DNA from: an uncultured Clostridia bacterium
Lineage (GTDB): Bacteria; Bacillota; Clostridia; RUG12999
Direction: 5' to 3'
NCBI GenBank assembly: GCA_946555455.1
Contig: CAMNSU010000001.1
Coordinates: 16,526-80,525 of the forward strand
Length of the DNA: 64,000 nucleotides
Shown here: positions 1-8,298 of the stretch, piece after piece
Numbering within the stretch: position 1 is the first letter of the stretch
Layout: every line of letters begins with the position of its first letter
The notes under the pieces: generated by a model
The model's input: only the letters and a program-made list of their open reading frames with translations
Told to the model about the DNA's origin: nothing
Database searches by the model: none
Program-made: the position numbers and the translations under genes

Positions 1-2421
1 CACATAATGGTCGCATACAAAAGCGTCAAACGCCCGTTCATAGTCTGTGTTTTGGTTTTTTCCTGCATAAATGCGCGCGCCTGTGTGTCCGGTATAACAC
101 AGCGGTATCGCTGTCCGTTGCAAAAGCGGCGCCGCGCCACCAAATACATATCGTTTTCCCGCTTCCGATTCCAGCACCAAAATTTCATTCTCCCACCGAA
201 ATGCGATATCCTCCGGCAGCGCCAATCCTTGTATATTCCGCAAACGAACCGTGCCGCCGCAGCGGCAAAACAACTCTATCCGCACCGTTTTTCCGTCTTT
301 CCGCCATGCAGACACCTCCACGCCGCCTTTTGCCAATAGCCGCTCAAATGCGCAATCCCGCCATGTTTTAGGCAATGCCGGAAACACTTCTATCATGCCG
401 TCGCCGCTGCTTTGCAGCAGCAATTCTGTCACCGCGGCAACCGTTTCTCCGGTGCATTCCATCATTGCCGGATAATACATCGGCGGTTTGTTCACCAAGC
501 ATAAATTCAGCCAGCGGTTTGTTTCTTCTGTGCCCAATCCGTTCGCGCGCAAATGCAAATCATATCCTTTTTCGTAGAGCGTACGCAATGCCAGTTCGCC
601 CAGTCCCATACGCGCCGCCGCACATGCCAGCCAGCCGAATCCAAACACGCCCAGTTCCGTATGGTCTATCGCATAGCGCACCGTTGCTTCCGCAATATCC
701 CGCCGATTCTGTGGACTGAATCTGTTCCATTCCTCCGCCGGAAAGATTGGCATGAGCAGCGACGGGTGCCGCAAATGAATACCGGGCGCCGCTTCATGGG
801 AATCTTTTAAAATAACACCGTAATTTTGATATTCCGCCGTTTCATATTCCGGCAAACGCGCCAAAAGTGCGCCGCATATCTCCGCCATACCATCATCTGT
901 CCGTAAGATTTCCGCTGCACGCCGCGTGAAACGGAACAAATATTTTAGGCTGGCAATGGTAATCGCCGCATTATGTCCCAGCGGCCCCTGTTCCGGCGAA
1001 ACATCGGGAAACACCTCATAGGTTCCCGCTTCATTTTGTTCCAGCCGCGCCTGCCAAAACTGCACCTGTTTCACAAAATGCGGATATGCCCGCTGCCGCA
1101 AAAAAGTTTCATCTCCGCTGTATTCATATTGCCACCACAAAAACTGCGCGCACCACGGCCCTATACAGTTATAAAACGGGTGCGGATAGTCTCCCGCATA
1201 GCCAGACAGCCCATGAAATTCCTCCGCAAAACGGATACCTTCCGTTTCGTGCTGCAAGAATCCTTCGCAAAATACTTTTGACAATTCCAAATGATTTGCC
1301 GCATATGTCCCCCAGTAGGTCGCCTGAATATTCACATCCCAATACCACACGCTGCCCCACAGCGTCAAATGGCGGATATCCCACAGTCCGTTCAGTCCGC
1401 TTGCCTGTTCCCGCCGCACACCGCCGCGGCCGCTGCAACATTCCAACACATATAAATGCAAATACCAAAGATTTTCCAAAAAGGCGTCCGGTAAAATGAT
1501 GGAGGACTTTGCAAAAAATGTCTCCCAATGACGTTCATGCGCCGCGCACCGTTCCGGCAATGCCTGTGCATCTCGTCCGCTTTTTTCCTCCGCGGCGCGC
1601 CGGCAATCCTCCTGCTCCAATTCCGTTGCCACACTGACCAGCACGTCAAATTCCTGCGCCGCTTCCGACAGTTCAATTTCAATCTTATCGCCGCATTGTA
1701 CCGCTTTGCCCGCCGCGCCAAGCAGCCGCAGCGTTGTGCAAAACCGAAACGGTTCGTCCTGCGGATAGGCTTCCCAGCCAAACGACTGACACACAGAAAA
1801 CACATTGCCGCTTTGCTGTTTCAAAACTGGTTTTGTGTCTTTACTGTTTCTGCCGCGCGGCACTTCAAACACCAGCTTTGAAACGGTTCCCTGCTGCGCC
1901 TGACGAATATGGCACACCAACGAATCTGTTTCTTGCAAGACCTTTACGGTTGTTTCCACAAAATAAACGCCATGGTGCAGCCGGTAGGAAACCGCCGCAC
2001 GTTCCACCGACAGACGCATGTCCCGCTCCCAACCGTCCGTCTGCGGCGCATAGCAAATCTGAAGGTCACCCACTGCCGGCAGACTTTCTCCCTGCGCCAC
2101 ATGCAGGCGTTTTCCCTCCTGCAGCGGAAACAGCACCTTTTGATATGCCGTCGGCGGCTGTTCCACTGCCAACGCCGCTTTTGCGCGCTGCACAATATTT
2201 TCTTTTGTATCGCCGCCCGCCTTGTGATAGTGCCGCTGCGTTTTTTGCGCCGTGCGGCTATAGTCCGGCAGCCCGCTGTAATACACCTCGTAATGGTTCA
2301 TGGACAGCCGCATATGCCGGTCTTGCAAATATGCCATTGCGCCAAATGTCCCGTTTCCCAGCGGCAGCGCTTCCGTCCAATGTACCGCCGCATTTTCATA
2401 GCGAATTCCATGCCCCTCCAT
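1..2421 (-). CDS. GH95-like glycoside hydrolase (alpha-L-fucosidase family-like), C-terminally truncated by window edge; not in supplied ORF track because no stop codon lies inside the window
   Basis: Minus-strand frame from ATG at 2421 to position 1 verified codon by codon with no stop (807 codons). N-terminal W-EALPLGNG-FGAM and internal WDVNIQATYWG motifs typical of GH95. RBS GAGGAGAGAAAG a few nt upstream. No signal peptide. Confidence 0.6.
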   Translation of the reverse strand, partial: MEGHGIRYENAAVHWTEALPLGNGTFGAMAYLQDRHMRLSMNHYEVYYSGLPDYSRTAQKTQRHYHKAGGDTKENIVQRAKAALAVEQPPTAYQKVLFPLQEGKRLHVAQGESLPAVGDLQICYAPQTDGWERDMRLSVERAAVSYRLHHGVYFVETTVKVLQETDSLVCHIRQAQQGTVSKLVFEVPRGRNSKDTKPVLKQQSGNVFSVCQSFGWEAYPQDEPFRFCTTLRLLGAAGKAVQCGDKIEIELSEAAQEFDVLVSVATELEQEDCRRAAEEKSGRDAQALPERCAAHERHWETFFAKSSIILPDAFLENLWYLHLYVLECCSGRGGVRREQASGLNGLWDIRHLTLWGSVWYWDVNIQATYWGTYAANHLELSKVFCEGFLQHETEGIRFAEEFHGLSGYAGDYPHPFYNCIGPWCAQFLWWQYEYSGDETFLRQRAYPHFVKQVQFWQARLEQNEAGTYEVFPDVSPEQGPLGHNAAITIASLKYLFRFTRRAAEILRTDDGMAEICGALLARLPEYETAEYQNYGVILKDSHEAAPGIHLRHPSLLMPIFPAEEWNRFSPQNRRDIAEATVRYAIDHTELGVFGFGWLACAAARMGLGELALRTLYEKGYDLHLRANGLGTEETNRWLNLCLVNKPPMYYPAMMECTGETVAAVTELLLQSSGDGMIEVFPALPKTWRDCAFERLLAKGGVEVSAWRKDGKTVRIELFCRCGGTVRLRNIQGLALPEDIAFRWENEILVLESEAGKRYVFGGAAPLLQRTAIPLCYTGHTGARIYAGKNQNTDYERAFDAFVCDHYV

Positions 2422-2438
2422 TTGCTTTCTCTCCTCTG

Positions 2439-3149
2439 TCACAAATTTTTGACTGTTCTGTCGTCTTTGGGCGGCGCCGCCAACCCATATTTATACGCTG
2501 CCCGCCCCAAAATTTTCTGCCATGTACCGCCGCAGACCGCCAATAGCAGTACGTTGCACACGCCATGCGCCGCGTCCATGGGAAAACTCGTGATGCAGGA
2601 CGCGATAAATCCCACGCCAAACGCTGCGCCGTCCAGTTCTGCGAGATACCAGAGATTCATCATCCAACCGAACACCAGTCCCCACGCGAAAGCATATACC
2701 ATCTGCGGCATTTTCCGCCGCAGCAGCCATGTATCACGCAGCAGTCCTGTCACATAGCCCATCATGCCCCACAAAAACATTTGCCAAGGCGTCCACGGTC
2801 CCTGCCCCAAAAACAAGTTGGAAGCCACCGCCGCCACCGCGCCAATCATGAAACCGCTTTCGCCGCCCAGCACCAGCGCGGACGCCATAATCACAAATGA
2901 AGTGGGCTGTACGCTGGGAATTGCACCAAACGGCACGCGGCTAACCGCTGCCACCGCCGCCAGCACGCCCACCAGCACCACTTCCTCCGTCTGCACCTGC
3001 CGTCCCTCAAATCGCACCAAAAACGGCAGGGCGCATACGGCTATCATCGCAAAACTGAGCAGCAAAAACATGCCGTCCAGTTTCACTGCCAGCACCATCA
3101 GACCCGCGCACGCCACAAAACATATAATTGTCAGCCATTTCTGTTTCAA
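2439..3149 (-). CDS. ECF transporter S (substrate-capture) component, polytopic membrane protein
   Basis: 236-aa hydrophobic protein directly downstream of EcfA/EcfT, with a 4-nt overlap with the ATPase stop. Locus context (DUF4430, B12 riboswitch) suggests a corrinoid substrate. Confidence 0.65.
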   Translation of the reverse strand: MKQKWLTIICFVACAGLMVLAVKLDGMFLLLSFAMIAVCALPFLVRFEGRQVQTEEVVLVGVLAAVAAVSRVPFGAIPSVQPTSFVIMASALVLGGESGFMIGAVAAVASNLFLGQGPWTPWQMFLWGMMGYVTGLLRDTWLLRRKMPQMVYAFAWGLVFGWMMNLWYLAELDGAAFGVGFIASCITSFPMDAAHGVCNVLLLAVCGGTWQKILGRAAYKYGLAAPPKDDRTVKNL

Positions 3150-4687
3150 TGCTGTTCCTCCCGCAATTTATCATACGCCGTTGTATAAAAATAATTGTCC
3201 GCGAAAAATTCCGCCACCAGCTGCTGCGCCGTGATTCCGCCGCCGAAAAGCATGGCGCAGCGGTCTGCACTGCACTCCGCAAACGCAATGTCATGCGTCA
3301 CCATCAGAATGGTTTTGCCTTCCTCCTTCAGCTGCCGCAGCAGCTCCGCCAATTCCTCCTTGAACGCCGCATCCATGCCTTTTGTCGGCTCGTCCAGCAG
3401 CAAAATTGTGGGACGCTGCAACAATACGCTCAGCAGCGCCGTCTTTTGCTGCTGCCCGCCGCTGAGGTCATAAGGGTGTCTGTCCAGCACTTCCTCCAGT
3501 CCAAACCTCTGCACCAGCCGCTCCGTCTCCGCCGCGTCATATGTACCGATTTCCTTTGCATATTCATAAATTTCGCCGCGCACAGTGTCATGCGTGAAAT
3601 GCAGCATGGGGTTTTGCGCCAAATAGCCCAGCCGCTGACCATCGCCTATTTTCATCTTGCCGCGCTGCGGTTTTTCCAGCCCAAGCAAAAGTTTCAGCAG
3701 CGTCGATTTTCCTGCGCCGTTTGCACCCATCAGCGCCAACAGTTCCCCTTGATACAACGTCAAATCCAAATCTTGCAGCACCGCCGACGCGTGTTTTTCA
3801 TATCGAAAGGAAATACCGCGGCAGTTTAATACCTGCTCTGTTCCCGCGGGCACAGGCCGGTTCCGGCGGCTGCCTGTCACGCCACGCTGCCGCGCTTCTT
3901 TTACCGTAAACGGTACGCCGCCCTGTTTTCCGCTTTCCAAAAACCAAGCAGACACCTGCGGCACAAAAAGCCGCAGTTCCGGTTTTTCATAGAGCGCGCG
4001 GCAAACCGCTTCCGGTGCGCCTTGCGCAAACACCCGTCCGTCCTGCAAAAACACCACCTTGTCCGCCATAGCAAACACATTCTCCGTATGATGTTCCGCA
4101 ATGAGCACCGTGATACCGAATTCCTCGTTCACCTGTTTTAAAAACTGCAAAAAAGACCGCGCCGCCACAGGGTCAAGCTGCGCCGTCGGTTCGTCCAGCA
4201 AAATCATGGCGGGACGCAGCAGTAACACCGACGCAAGCGCCACCATCTGTTTTTCTCCGCCTGACAGCGCCTGAATCGGTTTGTCCATGAGATGTTCCAT
4301 ACCGAAAAAGCTCACCATTTCCGCAATCCGCCGCCGCATTTCACTTACTTGCGTCTGCTGATTCTCCAGCGAAAACGCCAATTCCTGCCACACGCTGCCC
4401 GTCACGCATTGCGCGTCCGGATTTTGGAACACCATACCGATTTCCCGCACCATGTTCTCACCATGGGCGTCAAGCGGTTTGCCGCGGTAGTATATGGTTC
4501 CGCTTTGCTGTCCCGCCGGACGGATTTCTTTTTTGAGCTGCCGCAGCAGCGTGGTTTTTCCGCTGCCTGTTGTTCCGCAAAGCAGCACAAACGCGCCCGC
4601 TTCCACGTCAAAAGAAATGTCCTGTAAAACAGGACTTTGAGAAAGCGCAAATGCAAAAGACAAGTGTTCTATTTGAAGCAGCGCCAT
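3146..4687 (-). CDS. ecfA: Energy-coupling factor transporter ATPase, fused EcfA1-EcfA2 (two ABC ATPase domains)
   Basis: Two Walker A motifs (GTTGSGKTT, GANGAGKST) and ABC signature motifs. Listed ORF starts at 4987, but the likely start is ATG 4687 (or 4696) with a GGAGG RBS. Confidence 0.85.
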   Translation of the reverse strand: MALLQIEHLSFAFALSQSPVLQDISFDVEAGAFVLLCGTTGSGKTTLLRQLKKEIRPAGQQSGTIYYRGKPLDAHGENMVREIGMVFQNPDAQCVTGSVWQELAFSLENQQTQVSEMRRRIAEMVSFFGMEHLMDKPIQALSGGEKQMVALASVLLLRPAMILLDEPTAQLDPVAARSFLQFLKQVNEEFGITVLIAEHHTENVFAMADKVVFLQDGRVFAQGAPEAVCRALYEKPELRLFVPQVSAWFLESGKQGGVPFTVKEARQRGVTGSRRNRPVPAGTEQVLNCRGISFRYEKHASAVLQDLDLTLYQGELLALMGANGAGKSTLLKLLLGLEKPQRGKMKIGDGQRLGYLAQNPMLHFTHDTVRGEIYEYAKEIGTYDAAETERLVQRFGLEEVLDRHPYDLSGGQQQKTALLSVLLQRPTILLLDEPTKGMDAAFKEELAELLRQLKEEGKTILMVTHDIAFAECSADRCAMLFGGGITAQQLVAEFFADNYFYTTAYDKLREEQH

Positions 4688-5535
4688 TTCTGCCATTCCT
4701 CCAATTCCAGCCAGACCGGCGTGATAAGGTAGCATCCGTAGAGCAAACAGGCGGTTGCCGGTTTCACGCCCCACAAAATCAAATCCATGCGCGGATACAC
4801 GGAAAAGACCAGTCCGCCCGACAAACGCAGATACAAAAGCGCCGCGCCGGTCAGAACAAAAAAGCCGCACAGTAGCGCATCTTCCCGCCGAAAACGGTAG
4901 GGAAAATAAAATGTCCGTTTTCTGTGCAGTCCATAGCCCCGCGCCCGCATAGACTGCGCCGCCAGCAGCGCGTCCTCCAGCGACCACGAAACCAGCGCGC
5001 CCAGTTCCCGCGCGCCGCGGCTTACCCTTCGGCGCAGTCCGCCCCGTTCTTCTTTATATTTCAGACGGTGGACGGCGTGCAATTGCCGCGCCCGCTGCCG
5101 CAGCACCGGTATCTCCCGCATACAAAGCAGCAGTGCAAAGGTTGTTTTTTGCGCCGCCCGCGAGAACAAATACATCCATTTATCTGCATCCAAATAAACA
5201 TTTCCTGCTAAAAATGCCAGCAATACACTCAACAGAGACAATGCCAGCAGTCCGCCATAGACCACCGATTCCAGCGTCACAGGATTTTCCCACAAATTGA
5301 ACAGCACTATCCGTCCCCGATGGGAAAACAGCGGATTGATGAGCAAAAACATTGCCGCCAGAATCAACATCATACCCAGATTGCGTTTCATCTGCCGCCC
5401 GCCGTCCAAAAGTCCGTTCACCAGCACCAACAGTATCACGGATTCCACCAAAACGATAGGGTGCAGCCACAGCATAGGAACTGCCGCCGTGCCCGCCAGA
5501 TAAAGCAGGCATGTGATAGGGTGCCGCTGTTTCAA
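4669..5535 (-). CDS. ecfT: ECF transporter transmembrane T component (EcfT/CbiQ family)
   Basis: 288-aa polytopic membrane protein with the C-terminal arginine-rich coupling region typical of EcfT. Sits immediately upstream of ecfA on the same strand. Confidence 0.8.
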   Translation of the reverse strand: MKQRHPITCLLYLAGTAAVPMLWLHPIVLVESVILLVLVNGLLDGGRQMKRNLGMMLILAAMFLLINPLFSHRGRIVLFNLWENPVTLESVVYGGLLALSLLSVLLAFLAGNVYLDADKWMYLFSRAAQKTTFALLLCMREIPVLRQRARQLHAVHRLKYKEERGGLRRRVSRGARELGALVSWSLEDALLAAQSMRARGYGLHRKRTFYFPYRFRREDALLCGFFVLTGAALLYLRLSGGLVFSVYPRMDLILWGVKPATACLLYGCYLITPVWLELEEWQKWRCFK

Positions 5536-5574
5536 CTGTTCCGCCTCCGTTTCTGTCTGTTTTCGGTTCTTCCG

Positions 5575-6255
5575 TTAAATGCCGCCGCCGACATCTTTTC
5601 CCAGTTCCAGCGTATAAATCCAGCGCACTTCATCACCGGCATTCAGTTTCATCTGCCCCGCACTGCGCTGCACAAAATTCCCGTTTACTTCCACCATCCA
5701 GCCGCTGCCCGCGCCGCGGTCAAATTCAAACAAATTGTCAATCCCCTCCACATAGGGGCTTTTGCTGCCGCCCGACGCGACCACCGGAATCCCTGCTTCT
5801 TTTGCCACGCGGCGCAGCACGGTATATGCCGTATCGCCGTCTTCCAGCGCCACAGCCGTCCGGCTGATGACGCTGGTGCCGTCGCTTGGGATTTCCACCG
5901 ACAGATAAACCACTTTTTCCTGCGTCGGCGCTTGTACCGGCGGCTGCTCTGCCGCAGGCTGCACGGGTGGTGCGGCAGGCTGAACGTCTCCCTGCGCCGC
6001 CGGCTGTGCCGCACTATTGCCCGCTTCCGCCGGTTTTTGCGTTGCTGCCGAATCGGTAGACTGCTGCGATTGCTGTGATTCTGCCGCTTCCGGCACAGTT
6101 TCCGTTTGCTGCGGCGGTTCCTCTGTCGGCGCGCCGCCCTGCTCCGTCACGGTCGGCGACGGGTCAGGCTGCGGCTCCGGTTCCTGTTTTCCGCACCCTG
6201 CCGCAAACAGCATACATAGACATAAAACGCCTATTATCCATTGTTTTTTGTTCAA
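5575..6255 (-). CDS. DUF4430-domain lipoprotein (putative surface corrinoid-binding protein)
   Basis: Lipobox LFAAGC after TTG start at 6255 (RBS GAGGTG 6 nt upstream). Listed ORF starts at TTG 6282. Has a Pro/Gln-rich linker, then a C-terminal GWMVEVNG...GDEVRWIYT DUF4430 signature. Confidence 0.65.
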   Translation of the reverse strand: MNKKQWIIGVLCLCMLFAAGCGKQEPEPQPDPSPTVTEQGGAPTEEPPQQTETVPEAAESQQSQQSTDSAATQKPAEAGNSAAQPAAQGDVQPAAPPVQPAAEQPPVQAPTQEKVVYLSVEIPSDGTSVISRTAVALEDGDTAYTVLRRVAKEAGIPVVASGGSKSPYVEGIDNLFEFDRGAGSGWMVEVNGNFVQRSAGQMKLNAGDEVRWIYTLELGKDVGGGI

Positions 6256-6285
6256 CTCAAACACCTCAATCCATGGAACCAAATT

Positions 6286-7809
6286 CTATTTCTGCCCTTG
6301 CAGCCGCATTCCCACAACTGCCACCATTTCCCGCGTCACCGTTCCCTGTGGGTCAAAATATCCGCCGTCTCCCTGCATGATTCCTGCCTGATAAACGGTA
6401 TAAACACCTGTTTTTGCCCATGCCGATATATCCGCATCGTCCGCTAACCGCGCTGATTCTGCTGTCTCAAACAATCCGCTGCGGCTTAAAAACACCGCCA
6501 TTTCCTCTCGCGTCAGCGGGTCGTTCGGACGGAAAGTATCTTGCGCATTCGGCGTAATCAGTCCGCCAGCCGCCGCGTTTTTCAGTTCCTCATAAAACCA
6601 ATCTGATTTTGTCACATCAGCATATAAATCGGTCGGTTCTATCTGTCCCGCTTCCGGCTGGTATGCCAAAATGCGCACCAGCAACGCCAAAAATTCCGCG
6701 CGGGTAATCGGTTTTTGCGGCGCAAAACTGCTGTCCGCATACCCTTTCACAATGCCCTGCCGCACCGCCTGCAAAATAGCGTCCCACGCCCAGTCCGACG
6801 CCGCTTCCAAATCGGTAATCTCCACCTGTGAAGGTGCTCCTCCTGCGGCATATTTTCGCTGCACGTCCCGCAAGTCAAACAATCTCGCCTTGCCGCCTCG
6901 CAGCCGCTCCCACGCACTCAAGGCATAGAGCACCTGCGTCGTCGCCATTTCGTTGGCCTCGGTATCTGCCATGAGATAGCGGAATCCGCCTTCCGGCGCG
7001 GTGCTGTCTGTTAAATAATCCACTATCGTGCGTCCCTGTTTGATAAACCGCGCGTCCTGTGTCGGGTCAATTTCCACTGCGCACAGCGCGGTCAGCACCT
7101 GCGCCGCGCTCATGCTGTTTTCCGCGCCCATTCCGGCGTAGCCCGCTGTGTCCAGCTGCACTTCCGCCAACCAATTTATCGCTTTTTCCACTGCCGCCGC
7201 TGCCGTCTCTTGCTGCCTGTGCGGCGCAAGCGCAGTGACTGCCGCCGCGGTTAAATCCACATCCGCGCCAAAGTTATCGGTAAAGACAAAATATCCTTTT
7301 TCCTTTTGCAGCGCGCATATTTTTTCCACCAGCTTGTCCGCCGTCCACAGTGCATCCGCCGGCAAGGAATAGTCTTGGCTATCCAGCACCAGCAAAGTAT
7401 ATATGTATCCGTTCAGTCCTTGTTTTTCCACCAAATCGCTTTTGCAAAGTTCCCCAATCAAGTCCACGCCCGCGACATTACGTGCGTCATATCCCAATGC
7501 ACCCGCAACCAGCGCCATACGCGCATAATCCGTGGCATAAGTCAAATGTCCTCTCGCACTGATGGTCTCCTGCAAATAGGTTCCCATGCGCTGCAAGTGC
7601 GCTTCCGCCGGTACATCTGCCGCACCGCTGCGCGCAAGTGCAAACAGATTCCAGTCTGCATTGGAGGAATATTCCTCCTCCTGCGCCATCAAATAAGACT
7701 GCGCTTTTTGCACCACGCCCGCTTCCTGCGCCTGTACGCCAAAGGCTCCCCATAATAGTATCATGCATAAAAGAAACGCCGTTTTTCTCCTGCGGCAAAT
7801 TTGTTTCAT
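6286..7809 (-). CDS. Secreted SLH-domain protein with N-terminal alpha/alpha-toroid (prenyltransferase/squalene-cyclase-like) repeat domain
   Basis: Signal peptide after ATG 7809 (MKQICRRRKTAFLLCMILLWGAFGVQAQ). RBS GGAGAGGGGA. C-terminal SLH repeats (SDWAWDAI, ITRAEFLALLV, DWFYEEL, LTREEMAVFL). Confidence 0.65.
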   Translation of the reverse strand: MKQICRRRKTAFLLCMILLWGAFGVQAQEAGVVQKAQSYLMAQEEEYSSNADWNLFALARSGAADVPAEAHLQRMGTYLQETISARGHLTYATDYARMALVAGALGYDARNVAGVDLIGELCKSDLVEKQGLNGYIYTLLVLDSQDYSLPADALWTADKLVEKICALQKEKGYFVFTDNFGADVDLTAAAVTALAPHRQQETAAAAVEKAINWLAEVQLDTAGYAGMGAENSMSAAQVLTALCAVEIDPTQDARFIKQGRTIVDYLTDSTAPEGGFRYLMADTEANEMATTQVLYALSAWERLRGGKARLFDLRDVQRKYAAGGAPSQVEITDLEAASDWAWDAILQAVRQGIVKGYADSSFAPQKPITRAEFLALLVRILAYQPEAGQIEPTDLYADVTKSDWFYEELKNAAAGGLITPNAQDTFRPNDPLTREEMAVFLSRSGLFETAESARLADDADISAWAKTGVYTVYQAGIMQGDGGYFDPQGTVTREMVAVVGMRLQGQK

Positions 7810-7843
7810 TGTTCCGTCCCCTCTCCGACCAAATTCTTTTCCC

Positions 7844-7872
7844 AGTATATCATCATCTTTTTCCAAAGTCAA
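7844..7872 (-). promoter_or_regulatory. sigma-A type promoter for the SLH/DUF4430/ECF operon (TTGACT-17-TATACT on minus strand)
   Basis: Minus-strand read TTGACTttggaaaaagatgatgaTATACT, about 35 nt upstream of ATG 7809. No riboswitch fits between. Confidence 0.55.
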
Positions 7873-7909
7873 CCGCCATTTTCTGATTTATTTTTTTTGC
7901 TTTTTTGTC

Positions 7910-7938
7910 TTGACTCTTTTCTGCGGCTGTGATATACT
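7910..7938 (+). promoter_or_regulatory. sigma-A type promoter (TTGACT-17-TATACT) driving the cobalamin riboswitch transcript
   Basis: TTGACT at 7910-7915, 17-nt spacer, TATACT at 7933-7938. Divergent from the minus-strand promoter. Confidence 0.6.
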
Positions 7939-7949
7939 GGTAATCACTA

Positions 7950-8262
7950 TTGGAAATATGAATTAGCGTGCGGTTTGCTTTTCGTCACAGAAAAGCGTTC
8001 AGGGAATACGGTGAAAATCCGTAACAGTCACTGCTACTGTAAGGAAGGACAACCTTTGCAAAAATCCACTGGCAGCTATACCATGCCGGGAAGGGGCAAA
8101 GGAAGGATGAATTCCGAGTCAGGATATCTGGACCGTTCGTTTGGCACAAATACCTTCTGTGTAAAGGGCATCGTGCGAATGGGCAGGGACGATAAAGCGT
8201 CCGGTCTATCACTCCAGATACGCACTATGCCGGTTCTTCAGACAGAACCGGCTTTTTGTATT
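7950..8262 (+). promoter_or_regulatory. Cobalamin (AdoCbl) riboswitch with terminator-type expression platform
   Basis: Hallmarks AGGGAAtacGGTGaAAATCCg (8001-8021), ACTGTAAGG, B12-box tCCACTGGcag (about 8066), GCCGGGAAGG (about 8085). Intrinsic terminator GCCGGTTCT-tcagac-AGAACCGGC plus T-run at 8229-8260. RBS AAGGAGGA at 8283. Confidence 0.8.
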
Positions 8263-8298
8263 TCTATTTCACTATCCATTTTAAGGAGGATTCATTTT

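Noticed and set aside
1734-2757. Plus-strand ORFs of 270 aa and 282 aa at the left edge
   Set aside because: They overlap, on the opposite strand, the verified uninterrupted GH95-like frame and the ECF S-component gene. Pro/Arg/His-rich low-complexity translations.
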